Counted from the first letter of the stretch, positions 9,756-20,443 are shown. The stretch is DNA of 64,000 nucleotides from Candidatus Latescibacterota bacterium (GCA_965222075.1 OZ244937.1:160001-224000); one strand, 5' to 3'. The notes: generated from the sequence alone by a model not told the origin. Made by a program: numbers and translations.

Positions 9756-10568
9756 ATGGCACGCGATCAGGTTCAATCGGCCGCACTTCTAAGCGATACC
9801 CAATGGCAGCAATACCTTGAAGAAGGTCACGTCCGCCTTGGAAAGGTGACGGAAGAGGGCGAGGTTGAGGCCCTCTGCCAGCGGATCGACGACATCATGC
9901 TTGGGAAGGCCACGATCGACTATGACCGGATGCTCATGCAGCTGGACAGCAAGACCGGCGAGGCCTTCACGGCGGGGCCCCAGACCAAGGGCCACAAGGG
10001 TGCCACCCTGGACTACCGGAAGATCCAGGATCTGGAGCTCGACCCTCTCTTTCTGTCCTACATGCAAAAGCCCCTCTTCCGAGAAATCTGCGCGCGCGCC
10101 TACGGCAAAGACACCCCCATCTCCTGCTTCCGGGCGATGTTTATGAACAAGCCGGCCAAGAGGGGAACCCACCTGACCTGGCATCAGGACGTCTTTCGAG
10201 ACCTAGATGGTAACCCGACGGTCACGATCTGGATGGCCATGGACCGCGCGACGACCGAGAACGGATGTGTCAAGATCATCCCCGGGTCGCACAGATCCCT
10301 CCTGGATCCGGAAAGCCGCAAGGCCTTTCTGCCCGATGAGAAGGTGGAGCCCTATCTCAAACAGTCTGGATTCCTGACCCTCGAGGCCGGAGCCGGCGAG
10401 GGCTTCCTCTTGCACAACTGGATGATCCACGGCTCTGAAATCAACAAGACCGACCACCCCCGCCGGGCGTTCAGCGTCTGCTTCATGGACGCTGCGACCA
10501 AATCTGACAAGGGTCAGGAATTCTCCATCATTTTCGGTGAGGGTGCCCTGGAACCCGATTTGCCGTAG
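9756..10568 (+). CDS. Phytanoyl-CoA dioxygenase (PhyH)-family Fe(II)/2OG oxygenase, canonical HxD
   Basis: 'WHQD', 'ENGCVKIIPGSH', 'HGS', 'RRAF'. Confidence 0.9.
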   Translation: MARDQVQSAALLSDTQWQQYLEEGHVRLGKVTEEGEVEALCQRIDDIMLGKATIDYDRMLMQLDSKTGEAFTAGPQTKGHKGATLDYRKIQDLELDPLFLSYMQKPLFREICARAYGKDTPISCFRAMFMNKPAKRGTHLTWHQDVFRDLDGNPTVTIWMAMDRATTENGCVKIIPGSHRSLLDPESRKAFLPDEKVEPYLKQSGFLTLEAGAGEGFLLHNWMIHGSEINKTDHPRRAFSVCFMDAATKSDKGQEFSIIFGEGALEPDLP

Positions 10569-10699
10569 CTCGAATGCCTCTGCCGGATCGTCAAGAGTGG
10601 CGATTTAGGCGACAGCTGGCAGCAGGTGGACCTCCCTGAGGCCGCGGGTATTTCATCACAGCCTTTTGCACGGGAGTTCCCCAAATCTGGAATGGAACG

Positions 10700-11569
10700 A
10701 TGAGCGAAATTGTCGTCTGCTCACCGGAAGAACTGACGAGCCATTGGGGCGGTGACCAGAACTTCTTGATCAGTCCGAAGTTCTGGCGCTTCGACGTGGC
10801 CTTTCCGCCTGTGGAAGAGGTCGTCGACCACGTGAGGAAGGACAATGGCGCCCACATTCGAATCGACGGGGATCACGACGAGGCCGAAAAGGCCGAACTG
10901 ATCCAGAGGTTCAGGACCGGTCCTATCGATGAGGTCATCGACTATCCCTTCAGGCTCGGTCACTACCATCTGAGCCAGTTCTATGGTCCGGACTATTGGC
11001 GCGTATCAGGAAGGGAATCCGCTGAATCCCTGCAGCCCCCTCGGGAATCTTCCGGGAACGGGACGGTTCCCTTCCTGAGGGACCTCCAGGACAAAGTCAT
11101 GAACCCCTGGCGGGGTTTCCTATCCAGTTTGGGTTTCACCTGGCAGCGCTGCCATCCGATCATCTTCATCTCGGGAAAGGGTTGCGGATCCGGCTACCAC
11201 GTCGACGTCTCCCACGTCGTGGCATGGCAGGTCTGGGGGACAAAGGTCTTCAATGGCTTCAGAAACCCGGAACGGTATGCCCCCCTCGAGCAATGCGTCA
11301 AAGCGAAGAACAGCCTGAGGCGGGAAAAGCCTCCCGACCACCCTGACGAGGATCTCGTCAGGTGTGAGATGAATCCGGGAGACCTTTTGTGGAACCAGAT
11401 CCTGACCCCGCACTGGGTGGATGCCACAAAGGATGAAGTGGCGATGAGCCTCAATATCGCCCACGGTGGGCTCCGGTACCGGGGGGCCTTCTGTCCCAGA
11501 GAGGCCCGGCTGAGAGAACACTGGGCCGAACACCCCGAAGAGGCCAAGCTGACGAACTTGCGGTATTAG
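10700..11569 (+). CDS. JmjC/cupin-like Fe(II)/2OG oxygenase
   Basis: 'GYHVD.SH..AWQVWGTK', 'MNPGDLLW....PHWV', 'SLNI'. Confidence 0.7.
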   Translation: MSEIVVCSPEELTSHWGGDQNFLISPKFWRFDVAFPPVEEVVDHVRKDNGAHIRIDGDHDEAEKAELIQRFRTGPIDEVIDYPFRLGHYHLSQFYGPDYWRVSGRESAESLQPPRESSGNGTVPFLRDLQDKVMNPWRGFLSSLGFTWQRCHPIIFISGKGCGSGYHVDVSHVVAWQVWGTKVFNGFRNPERYAPLEQCVKAKNSLRREKPPDHPDEDLVRCEMNPGDLLWNQILTPHWVDATKDEVAMSLNIAHGGLRYRGAFCPREARLREHWAEHPEEAKLTNLRY

Positions 11570-11640
11570 TGTGGCCTGGCGGCCCCGTATACGAGTGATA
11601 ATGCAACCAGGTGATGCCCAAAACAGATGAAAGGGCTCCG

Positions 11641-13110
11641 ATGAACGTCCTCCTGATTCAGACCGATCGGCACAATCCCCAGTTTTCGGGATGCTACGGC
11701 AGTCCCATCACCCGCACCCCGAATATCGACAGCCTCGCCGAACGGGGCACACGTTTCGACCGCGCCTACTGCATCAGCCCTCTGTGTGCGCCCACCCGGG
11801 CCGCCGTCATGGCCGGAAGGTATGTCCACGAGATCGGGACCTGGTCGAACGCCTTTCCCTACACCGGTGTCCCGAAAGGTTGGGGCCACTACTTCAAAGA
11901 GCAGGGCGTCCATCTCACCACCATCGGCAAGCTGGACTACGACCCGGAGGCCGACCACGGCATCGCCGATGTCCGCCAGTCCAAGCTTCGCCAAAACCTC
12001 AACGTCCTCTCCTGCTTCCGCGAGCAGGACATGCCGCCCCGTTACCTGCTCCTCCACCGGCTGCGCAAGACCGGTCCGGCTGATTCGCCCCAACCCTTCA
12101 AGAGCGATGACGACGTCGCGGAGGAGGCGACGCGCTGGCTGGCCGACGAGCACCCCACCGACCGGCCCTGGATCCTCAGCGTCAATTTCACGAGTCCACA
12201 TCCCACCTGGAACCCACCCAAGGAGCTGTGGGACCACTACGATCCGCTGATCAAGATCGAAGACTTCGACGAACGCTATACCGAGGACCTCTCCCGTCTT
12301 CACCCCCACCACCGGACCTTCATTCGTCACGTCTGCGGGGACCTGGTGAAGCCTGAGGAGCTTCGCCTCGGGCACGTGGGCATGCACGCCACCACCGAAG
12401 CGGTGGACGGCAACGTGGGTCGTGTCGTAAATGCACTGGATGGGGCCGGTCTGATGGGGAAGACGGTCGTCGTCTATACCTCCGATCACGGGGGGTGTTG
12501 CGGGGAGCACAGAGACTGGGGCATCGGCTCCATGTATGAAGACTCCATCCGGGTCCCCATCATCGTCGCAGGACCCGGCGTCTCTTCCGGGGCGGTCCAG
12601 AACACACCCATTTCCCATCACGACCTGTACCAGACCATCTGCGAGGCCACCGGAGCGGACCTGCCCATACACACGCGTGGCCTGTCGCTCTGGGGCCTGC
12701 TGCGGGGCGAAAAGGACGCCTCAAGACCCCGATTCACGCTCTCCGAGTACCACGCCGTCGGATTTCCCGCCAGCATCTTCGCCATCCGTTCGGGCCATCT
12801 CAAATACGTCGAGTATGTGGGCGAAAGGCCTTCGCTCTTCAATCTTGAGGATGACCCTCTCGAGATGCACGACCTCGTCCTCGAACGCCCTGACGACCCC
12901 GAAACGCAGGCGAACATCCGCCGGCTGCGGAGGATGCTCTGCGAAGTCTGCTCCCCCGAGGCCGTCGACGCCCGGGCCAAGGCCGATCAGCGCGCCCTCC
13001 GAAAAGAGGTCACCGAGAGCGGTCGCATCCTCCGGGAGCTGTGGAGGCGCGGCTTCGAGCGGAATCCCGACGAGCTGATACCCCGAGAAGACATCATTCC
13101 AGAGCTCTGA
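11641..13110 (+). CDS. Sulfatase-family hydrolase, choline-sulfatase-like clade A, copy 1
   Basis: 'TDRH', 'TPNIDSLAERGTRF', CAPTR (CxPxR), 'TSDHG', 'LFNLEDDPLE'; no signal peptide. Confidence 0.9.
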   Translation: MNVLLIQTDRHNPQFSGCYGSPITRTPNIDSLAERGTRFDRAYCISPLCAPTRAAVMAGRYVHEIGTWSNAFPYTGVPKGWGHYFKEQGVHLTTIGKLDYDPEADHGIADVRQSKLRQNLNVLSCFREQDMPPRYLLLHRLRKTGPADSPQPFKSDDDVAEEATRWLADEHPTDRPWILSVNFTSPHPTWNPPKELWDHYDPLIKIEDFDERYTEDLSRLHPHHRTFIRHVCGDLVKPEELRLGHVGMHATTEAVDGNVGRVVNALDGAGLMGKTVVVYTSDHGGCCGEHRDWGIGSMYEDSIRVPIIVAGPGVSSGAVQNTPISHHDLYQTICEATGADLPIHTRGLSLWGLLRGEKDASRPRFTLSEYHAVGFPASIFAIRSGHLKYVEYVGERPSLFNLEDDPLEMHDLVLERPDDPETQANIRRLRRMLCEVCSPEAVDARAKADQRALRKEVTESGRILRELWRRGFERNPDELIPREDIIPEL

Positions 13111-13366
13111 TCCGGAAAAGGGAGAGATATGGCAGGCCCCTCCGGAAGGCCGAATTCACGTACTCTACTCGGTCACGGACCCGTCGGTCGATCCCACTCT
13201 GGCGGTGACCCACGACAATGGCGACTCGTGGGAACTCATCGATATCGTCTCGGAGATCGCCAAACGACCCGGTCACCGGGTCTACTGGAACACCGCCATG
13301 TCGCGCCTCTCCAGGGAGGGTTGGGTCTACTCCGCCTGCACTGAATCCAAACTCGAACGGATCTGA
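13109..13366 (+). pseudogene. Start-less remnant of an Asp-box/BNR (sialidase-like propeller) gene
   Basis: Frame reads DPEKGEIWQAPPEGRIHVLYSVTDPSVDPTLAVTHDNGDSWELIDIVSEIAKRPGHRVYW...*. THDNGDSW fits the Asp-box S/TxDxGxT/SW. Confidence 0.5.
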
Positions 13367-13375
13367 GGAACAGAA

Positions 13376-14371
13376 ATGAACCAGCCCCCAGAAACCTTCA
13401 TCAGGGTCTCCCACCGGGACCTGCAGGCCTTCGTCTCCAGGGCCGCACAGACCGTCGGCATGCCCGAAGAGAAGGCCGATCTCCTCGCCGAATTGCTCAC
13501 CGCCTGCGACCTCCGGGGTAACGTCAGCCACGGCAGCCGACAGATCGCCCGGTATGCCACCTGGATGCGGGACCGAAAGATCAACCCGAATCCGACCGTG
13601 CGCGTGGTCAAAGAGACCCACGTCAGCCTAATCGTGGATGGAGACGGCGGCCTGGGTTACTTCCCGATGGTCGAGGGGACCAAGCGCGCGATCGAGAAGG
13701 CGAAGGCCGAGGGGATGGCCGTGGTACTGACCCGAAACCACGGTCACTTCGGCGCAGCGGGTCTCTATTCCCGGATGCCCCTCGCGCACGACCTGCTAAC
13801 ACTCGTGACCGAGGGCTTTCGGCCGAATATTGCGCCGGGCATGCCCATCCACCTCGCCGCGGGGGGCTCCCCTCCGATCTCCTTCAGCGCGCCTGCCGGA
13901 GAAGAGCCCCCGCTGGTCCTGGATTTCGGGACGATGCACGACCTTCACCCCGGCTCTCCTCACCGGGAGGAGATCTCGAGGATGGCGCCCGGCATCCTCT
14001 TCCGATCGCTCGGACTGGGGGCGATCTGCCAGGCCTGGGCCGCCTTTCTATCTGGTGCGGGCGAATCGGAGTTCCCTGCGGATGTCCCGAGACCCGGAGC
14101 GCAACCCAAGTCCAAAGGGGGACTGCTGATCACGTTCCAGATCGGCCTGTTCACGGACCCGGCTCGGTTCAAAAGAGAGATGGACGACTACGCGCGCCAG
14201 GTGCGGTCGCTCGAACCGCTTGGGGGATTCGATGGGGCCTGTCTGGCGGGTGGACCGGAGGCGGCACGCGAGCGCATCTACCGAAAGGAAGGCATCCCCG
14301 TGGGGACCGAGCACCAGCAGCGGCTTGAAAAGCTGGCTGCCGAGTTGGAGATTGAAGTGCCCTGGGCGTGA
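13376..14371 (+). CDS. Ldh_2-family (malate/L-lactate/sulfolactate-type) dehydrogenase, copy 1
   Basis: 'DLRGNVSHG', 'VDGDGGLG', 'NHGHFGAAG', 'PLVLDFG', 'GIPV'. Confidence 0.9.
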   Translation: MNQPPETFIRVSHRDLQAFVSRAAQTVGMPEEKADLLAELLTACDLRGNVSHGSRQIARYATWMRDRKINPNPTVRVVKETHVSLIVDGDGGLGYFPMVEGTKRAIEKAKAEGMAVVLTRNHGHFGAAGLYSRMPLAHDLLTLVTEGFRPNIAPGMPIHLAAGGSPPISFSAPAGEEPPLVLDFGTMHDLHPGSPHREEISRMAPGILFRSLGLGAICQAWAAFLSGAGESEFPADVPRPGAQPKSKGGLLITFQIGLFTDPARFKREMDDYARQVRSLEPLGGFDGACLAGGPEAARERIYRKEGIPVGTEHQQRLEKLAAELEIEVPWA

Positions 14372-14463
14372 GCATAAATTGCGGGATGAGCGTTTTTCTG
14401 AGATTCCCTCACGGCCCAACTTCCTGAATCGACCCAGAATGGCCAATCCAAAAGGGAGTTGAA

Positions 14464-15483
14464 ATGACCTATCTCGCCTGCGTATCCGTTCACGGGGAAA
14501 ACAAGATTTCGACATTCAGAATAGACCCTGAAACCGGGGCGCTCCAAAACCGGACCGAAGTCCCACTCGACGCCGCCCCCGGGTCACTCGTTTTCGGCCC
14601 CGAACGAAGTGTCCTCTATGCCGTTATCCGGCAGCCACACCTCCAGATCCTCAGCCTGCGAATCGATCCAGACGGAGGGGGGTTTTCGCCCGTCGGCACG
14701 GTATCCCTCGAGGCGAATCCCTGTTACGTAACCTTGGATCAGACGCGCCGCTTTTTGTTCTCCGCCTACTACTTCGACGGTCTGGTCGCGGTACATCCCA
14801 TCGACGAAAATGGGGCAGCCGGCGGCCCGCCCGTCGAATGGCGCTCTACGGCCGTGAAGGCCCACTGCTTCCGGACCGACCCGTCCAACCGGTATGCCTT
14901 TGTCCCCCACACCGGCGAGTCCAACTTCATTGCTCAGTTCAAATTCGATGGGGAAACAGGCGCCTTGACTCCCAACGACCCCCCCAGGGTCGAAGCCGAT
15001 GAGGGCGCCGGTCCCCGCCACTTCCTCTTCCACCCTGACAAGGATGTCGTCTATTTCTCCAACGAGCAGGGGGGCAGCGTCACAGCCTACCGATTCGATC
15101 CGTCCGCCGGGACGCTCGCGGCCTTCCAGACCGTTTCGACCCTGCCCGAAGGCTTTACCGAACATAACCACTGTGCCCAGATCAACATCACGCCCTCCGG
15201 GAGGTTCCTCTACGTCTCCAATCGGGGCCACGACAGCATCGCCTGCTTTGCGATCGACGGTGACACCGGTGAGCTAACCGCTCTCGGGCAGCAGCCCACG
15301 GAGCAGAGGCCGAGGGCGTTCACCGTCGATCCGACCGGGAATTTTCTGCTCGCCGCCGGCCAGGAATCCGGGAGACTGGCCTCCTACCGAATCGATGCTG
15401 AAACCGGCAAGCTCGAGCCCTTGAAGATTTACGACATCGGCGACAATCCGGCCTGGGTGCTCGCTCTCGCCTTGCCGGAATAG
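14464..15483 (+). CDS. Lactonase family (6-phosphogluconolactonase-like beta-propeller)
   Basis: 'AHC..DP', 'GAGPRH..FHP', 'SNE', 'FLYVSNRGHDSIA', 'PR.F.VDPTG'. Confidence 0.9.
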   Translation: MTYLACVSVHGENKISTFRIDPETGALQNRTEVPLDAAPGSLVFGPERSVLYAVIRQPHLQILSLRIDPDGGGFSPVGTVSLEANPCYVTLDQTRRFLFSAYYFDGLVAVHPIDENGAAGGPPVEWRSTAVKAHCFRTDPSNRYAFVPHTGESNFIAQFKFDGETGALTPNDPPRVEADEGAGPRHFLFHPDKDVVYFSNEQGGSVTAYRFDPSAGTLAAFQTVSTLPEGFTEHNHCAQINITPSGRFLYVSNRGHDSIACFAIDGDTGELTALGQQPTEQRPRAFTVDPTGNFLLAAGQESGRLASYRIDAETGKLEPLKIYDIGDNPAWVLALALPE

Positions 15484-15523
15484 ACATCGCGGCACCCTGC
15501 GCACATCAAGTGGAGAAAAGCAA

Positions 15524-16441
15524 ATGGAGTCAGAGGATTGGCGGGGGATCTTCACGATTCCCCAATCCGTATTCCACGATGACGGAAGGTTCGACGAGGC
15601 CGGGCTGGAGGCCGAGCTTGAATTCTGCCTCGGGGCGGGGGCACACGGCATCGTCTGGCCGGTCATGGCCAGCCGGTTCGCCATCCTCTCTCACCAGGAG
15701 CGGAAACGGACCGCCGAGATCGTCATCCGGAAGGTAGGCGGAAGTGCCCCAGTCGTCATCGGCGTGGCCACGGTCTGGTCTGAGTCTTCGGTCGACCTGG
15801 CCCGCCACGCCGAAACGGAAGGCGCGGACGCCATCATCTCTCTCCCGCCCTGGGAGGTGAAACCGACACGAGAGCAGGCCTTCGATTACTACCGCGCCCT
15901 CTCCGAGGCCGTCACGATCCCGATCTTCATCCAGAACGCCGGGGGGAAGTTTGGGATGGCGCTCCCGGCTGAGCACGTGGCTCGGATGGTCCGGGAGCTC
16001 GACGGTGTGGACTACGTCAAGCAGGAGATCGCGCCCTTCGGCCAGCACATCACGCAGGTCATCGACGCCTGCGGAGACTCGGTCAAAGGCGTGTTTGGAG
16101 GCGCCAACGGCAGACACATCGTCGACGAGTTCAACCGGGGTGCGGTCGGCAACATGCCGGCTTGCGCGATCACCGACGTCCTCGTCGAGCTCTACAAGCG
16201 ATATGCGCGTGGAGACGAGCCCGGTGCTCGGGAGGTCTACCACGCAATCATGCCTTACCTCAATTTCCTCAGACTGTTCGGCATGGGGCTCATCCTGGAG
16301 GTCCTCCGACGCAGGGGGGTGGTCCGGTCCACGTCGCCCCGGATCGGGAAATTCGAGCAGCTTGATGCCAATGACCACCGTGAGCTGGATCTCATCCTTG
16401 AGGGGCTCCGTCCTTATTTCCGGCTCCAACCCCCTGCTTGA
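15524..16441 (+). CDS. Dihydrodipicolinate synthase/N-acetylneuraminate lyase family aldolase
   Basis: 'GAHGIV', 'PVVIGV', 'GADAI', 'PIFIQN', Schiff-base Lys in 'YVKQE'. Confidence 0.85.
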   Translation: MESEDWRGIFTIPQSVFHDDGRFDEAGLEAELEFCLGAGAHGIVWPVMASRFAILSHQERKRTAEIVIRKVGGSAPVVIGVATVWSESSVDLARHAETEGADAIISLPPWEVKPTREQAFDYYRALSEAVTIPIFIQNAGGKFGMALPAEHVARMVRELDGVDYVKQEIAPFGQHITQVIDACGDSVKGVFGGANGRHIVDEFNRGAVGNMPACAITDVLVELYKRYARGDEPGAREVYHAIMPYLNFLRLFGMGLILEVLRRRGVVRSTSPRIGKFEQLDANDHRELDLILEGLRPYFRLQPPA

Positions 16442-16479
16442 CTGGGCGCCGGTCTAGGGACAGGATTGAGGACTCGACC

Positions 16480-17966
16480 ATGAATACCATTTCAAATCCA
16501 TACGAAAGAATCGGTGTGCGCAGCTTCATCAACTGCTGCGACACCCGAACGGTCCACAGCGGCACGCTGATCCTCCCCGAAGTGGCAGATGCGATGGTGG
16601 CCGCCTCCAAGCATTTCGTGAACATGGAAGAACTAAAGGCGTGAGCAGGCGGCTCGCGGAACTCACAGGCGCAGAGTGGGGAATCGTAACCGCGGGGGCC
16701 GCGGCCTCCCTCTTTCAGGCCACGGCGGCCTCCATAGCCGGCGCCGACCCGGAGTTGATGATTCGCCTGCCGAATACGGAAGGCCTCAAAGACCGGGTCA
16801 TCACGTGGAAGGGAGGGCGATACACCTTCGACCACGCGGTCCGAATGGCCGGTGCCCGGATTGTGGAGGTGGAGACCCGTGAGGAATTGATCGCCGCCCT
16901 GGATGAGCGGGCCGCGATGTTCCTCATCCGGGCGAGCCAGGAGAAGCAGGGACCGCTCTGCCTTGAAGAGATCGCAGAAATCACGCGTCCCCGGGGGATC
17001 CCCATCACCATCGATGGCGCGGGCCATCACCTCGTCTTGCCCAACCCCTACCTGACCCGGGGCGCCACGATGATCGCCTACAGCGGCGGAAAGTACTTCC
17101 GGGGGCCGCAGTGCACCGGATTGCTCTTGGGCGACAAGAAATGGATCCGTGCCGCCTGGCGAAACGCCTCCCCGCATCACACCCTCGGGCGGGCGATCAA
17201 GGTCGGGAAAGAGGAGATCGTGGGGCTCCTGGCCGCGGTGGAACACTGGGCGGCCGTGCGGGACCCGGAGGCGGAGCTTCGGCAGTGGGAGGCCGACCTG
17301 GCCACGATTGCGGACGAAATCGGCAAGGTGCCGACTGTGGAGACCGAAGTTATCCAGGCGGGGGTGCCTTTCATGCCCGTGCCCCGGCTCAGAGTCCGTT
17401 GGGACGGCAACCGGATCGGGCTGACCGGCCTGGAGCTCCGGGAGCGTCTCCTGGAAGGAGAACCCCGAATCATGCTCGACGACCGCAGGGCCACCGACTC
17501 CTCCCTGTTCATCCTGCCCTATTCGTTGCAGCCTGGCCAGGCCTCCGCCGTGGCCTCCCGGCTCCGGGAGGCGCTGGCGAACGCCCCGATGCGCAGCCTA
17601 AGCAAACCCGACCCCCCTGCCGTTAAAATCACCGGTGTGTGGCAGATGGACGTCGAATTCGTCAAGGGGACCTCGGCCCACGAGGTCGTCCTGGAGCAGC
17701 AGAGAGGCGAACTGACCGGGCTCCACCGCACCCGGTTCCTGGAGAATCCCCTCTCCGGCAGCGTGAGGGGAAACGAGGTCACGTTTAGAAGCTGGCAGCC
17801 GCTCGAAGGCATCAATCTCTCGTATTGCTTCACGGGTACGGTAGATGGAGATACCATGGAGGGCCTCGTGGAACTCGGGAATTCCAGTTCTTCCACCCCG
17901 GGACCGCTCAACCAGCAGGAGTTTGGCCACGCACGATGGCAGGCCAGACGAAAGGACGGGACCTGA
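16480..17966 (+). pseudogene. SelA/DgaE-like PLP-dependent enzyme, frameshifted near 16640
   Basis: 16480..16644 encodes the family N-terminus (NPYERIGVRSFINC..T.T..SG...PEV..AM..AS..FVNMEEL). 16641..17966 continues (RRLAELTGAE, 'YSGGK.FRGPQ.TG', 'KVGKEEI'). Real lesion or assembly error. Confidence 0.7.
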
Positions 17967-19414
17967 TGAACATCCTTCACATCCAGAGCGATCGGCACAA
18001 CGCGGAGTTCGCCGGCTGCTACGGTAACCCCATCACCCGCACACCCCACATCGACAGCATCGCGGAGCGGGGAACGCGGTTCGACAGCGCCTATTGCCTC
18101 ACCCCCCTCTGCTCACCCACCCGGGCCGGTGTCGTGTCCGGACGGTATCCACACGAGATCGGCTCCTGGTCCATCTCCTTTCCCTACACCGGGGTCCCTC
18201 GCGGATGGGCACATTACTTTTCCCATCAGGGCGTCCACGTCACAACGATTGGGAAGGTGGACTTTCATCCCGATTCCGATCACGGCATCGCGGACACGCG
18301 TCTGGTTCAGCACCGTGACTCGCCCGAGCCTCTCTCTCTGTTTCGAGAGCAGGAGATCCAGCCGCGATATGGCTATTTGGACAGGCTCCGGGCCAGCGGC
18401 CCGGCCGACTCGCCTTTCGCCAGCGACGCCCGGGTGGCCGAGGAAGCGGTCCACTGGTTCACAGAAGCGAGGCCGACCGACCGGCCCTGGTTCCTCAGCG
18501 TCAACTTCCTCAAACCCCTCCCCTCCTGGACACCGCCCAGAGAGTTGTGGGACTACTATGACCCCCTGGTCCGACTCGAGGACCTCGATGAAAGGTATAC
18601 GGAAGACCTGTCCAACCTCCACCCTTTCAATCAAACGTTCGTCAAACACGTCTGCGGCGACCTGATGCGCCCAGAAGATCTACGGCGGGCCCACGTCGGG
18701 ATACACGGCACTTGCGAATCGATGGATGGACACGTGGGCCTCGTTCTGGGCGCGCTGGAGCAAGCAGGTCTGCCGGACGAGACCCTCGTCGTCTACACCT
18801 CCGACCACGGCGGGGCCTGCGGGGAACACAGAGACTGGGGCATTGGATCGATGTACGAAGGCTCCATCCGTGTGCCCCTCGTCGTGGCCGGATCCGGCCT
18901 CCGATCAGGCCGCGTCGAGACCGCACCGGTCTCCCACCACGACCTGTTCCAGACCTTTTGCGATGCCCTGGATCTGGAGCACCCGGTCCATATGAGAGGC
19001 ACCCCGCTCTGGGACCTCCTCCAGGGCAAGAAAGATGCCCCGAAACCGGCATTCACCCTGTCCGAGTACCACGCCGCCGGGTTCCCGTCCAGCATCTTCG
19101 CCATCCGCTCCGGGCACGACAAATATGTCGAGAACGTCGGAGAACGTCCCTCGCTCTTCGACCTGGAGCAGGATCCCCTCGAGATGCACGACCTGGCCCT
19201 CGAGCGACCGGAGGACCCCGACGTCAAGGCCACGATCCGTCGACTCAGAATGATGCTCTGCCAGGTCTGCTCTCCGGAGGCGGTGGATGCCCGGGCCAAG
19301 GCGGACCAGAGAAGACTCCGCAGGGAATTGACGGATAGGGGGGAGATTGTCGACATGATGTGGAGAGCGGGATACGAACGGAATCCGGAACGGCTGATTC
19401 CGCGCAAGGAATGA
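17966..19414 (+). CDS. Sulfatase-family hydrolase clade A, copy 2
   Basis: Start overlaps upstream stop (TGATG); 'SDRH', CSPTR, 'TSDHG'. Confidence 0.9.
   Translation: MNILHIQSDRHNAEFAGCYGNPITRTPHIDSIAERGTRFDSAYCLTPLCSPTRAGVVSGRYPHEIGSWSISFPYTGVPRGWAHYFSHQGVHVTTIGKVDFHPDSDHGIADTRLVQHRDSPEPLSLFREQEIQPRYGYLDRLRASGPADSPFASDARVAEEAVHWFTEARPTDRPWFLSVNFLKPLPSWTPPRELWDYYDPLVRLEDLDERYTEDLSNLHPFNQTFVKHVCGDLMRPEDLRRAHVGIHGTCESMDGHVGLVLGALEQAGLPDETLVVYTSDHGGACGEHRDWGIGSMYEGSIRVPLVVAGSGLRSGRVETAPVSHHDLFQTFCDALDLEHPVHMRGTPLWDLLQGKKDAPKPAFTLSEYHAAGFPSSIFAIRSGHDKYVENVGERPSLFDLEQDPLEMHDLALERPEDPDVKATIRRLRMMLCQVCSPEAVDARAKADQRRLRRELTDRGEIVDMMWRAGYERNPERLIPRKE
18540..19262 (+). repeat. Highly similar DNA segment shared with 23497..24219 (sulfatase copies 2 and 4)
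   Basis: Identical runs, e.g. AGAGTTGTGGGACTACTATGACCCCCTGGTCCGACTCGAGGACCTCGA at ~18541 and ~23498; ~120 bp with one mismatch at ~19140 and ~24097. Confidence 0.85.
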
Positions 19415-19562
19415 TCGTTCCAACAGGAAGAGTTCGGCTCGACTGAGGAAGGATGAATCGCGGCCCTTGAAAAGAAAGCCGTATCGGCACTTCTTGCTAT
19501 GGCCTGTCTGAATCTAACTTCAGTCACGATCAAGCCGATCGGTGATTCAATGGGAGGCATAA

Positions 19563-20420
19563 ATGGACGAATATGAAAAGTACCTCTTCGACCTCAACGG
19601 CTATCTGGTCCTGGAAGATGTCCTGACCCCCGAGGAGGTCGCAGCTTGCAACGAAGCGATCGACCAGAATCAGGACCGCGTCCAGAGGCGCCCCTCGGAC
19701 CGAGCCAGGTCAAGAGGCTCGGAGGCCCTCCAGGGCAAAGTTCGAGGGGATCTCCTGGGGATGCTCGTCTGGCCCAAGCCCTGGTGCCAACCGTTCCGTG
19801 ACCTCCTCTCCCATCCCAGGATCATGGCCTGCTTGCTCGAGTTGATTGGAGAAGGCTTCCGCCTGGACCACCTCTACGGAATCGTCATGGACAAAGGTAC
19901 CGAAGGGCACAGGCTGCACGGGGCCAAAGCCAACAGCTTTTTTAACTTCTACGGATTCATCAACGGCCGGATCCGCTGTGGGGTCGTCGTCGTCTCCTGG
20001 GTGCTCACCGACTGTGGCCCCGGAACCGGCGGGTTCATGGTCATCCCGGGGAGTCACAAATCCAACTTTCCGCTGCCCCGCGATCTGGACCGGCTGCAAA
20101 GCGAGCTGGGCTTGGCCAGGCAGGTGGAGGCGAAGGCCGGATCGGTCATCATCTTCCCCGAGGCCCTCGCCCACGGCGCGCTCCCGTGGAGGGCCGACCA
20201 CCAGCGTCGTTCGATGCTCTACAAATACGCACCCGGCCCCCTGGTGCACAATGCCCCTGACGCATTCGAGGATCCAGGATACACCACCGACACGAAGAGC
20301 TACCGACCGGAAGGCGTCGAAGAGGTGATGGACGAATTCACCCCGCTGCAGCGGGCGCTCCTCGAACCCCCCTACTACCCGAAGCGACCCAGCATCTCGG
20401 AATATCTCGCAAATGGGTAA
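19563..20420 (+). CDS. PhyH-like Fe(II)/2OG enzyme, 'MDEYEKYLFDLNGY' clade, copy 1 (HxA motif)
   Basis: 'LHGA', 'GGFMVIPGSHKSNF', 'EALAHG', 'RRSMLYKY'. Confidence 0.85.
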   Translation: MDEYEKYLFDLNGYLVLEDVLTPEEVAACNEAIDQNQDRVQRRPSDRARSRGSEALQGKVRGDLLGMLVWPKPWCQPFRDLLSHPRIMACLLELIGEGFRLDHLYGIVMDKGTEGHRLHGAKANSFFNFYGFINGRIRCGVVVVSWVLTDCGPGTGGFMVIPGSHKSNFPLPRDLDRLQSELGLARQVEAKAGSVIIFPEALAHGALPWRADHQRRSMLYKYAPGPLVHNAPDAFEDPGYTTDTKSYRPEGVEEVMDEFTPLQRALLEPPYYPKRPSISEYLANG

Positions 20421-20443
20421 GAAACCAACAGAGAGACGAATCG

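Noticed and set aside
16641-16644. TGA as selenocysteine in the SelA-like gene
   Set aside because: The continuation is in a different frame, so read-through would not restore the protein.
17825-17965. Extended N-termini in the ORF track (17825, 44553, 52791, 50462, 995)
   Set aside because: They overlap upstream genes or lack an RBS; paralog alignment and RBS position support the later starts.
19484-19500. Sigma-54-like GGCAC...TTGC
   Set aside because: GG-to-GC spacing is 8, not the required 10.
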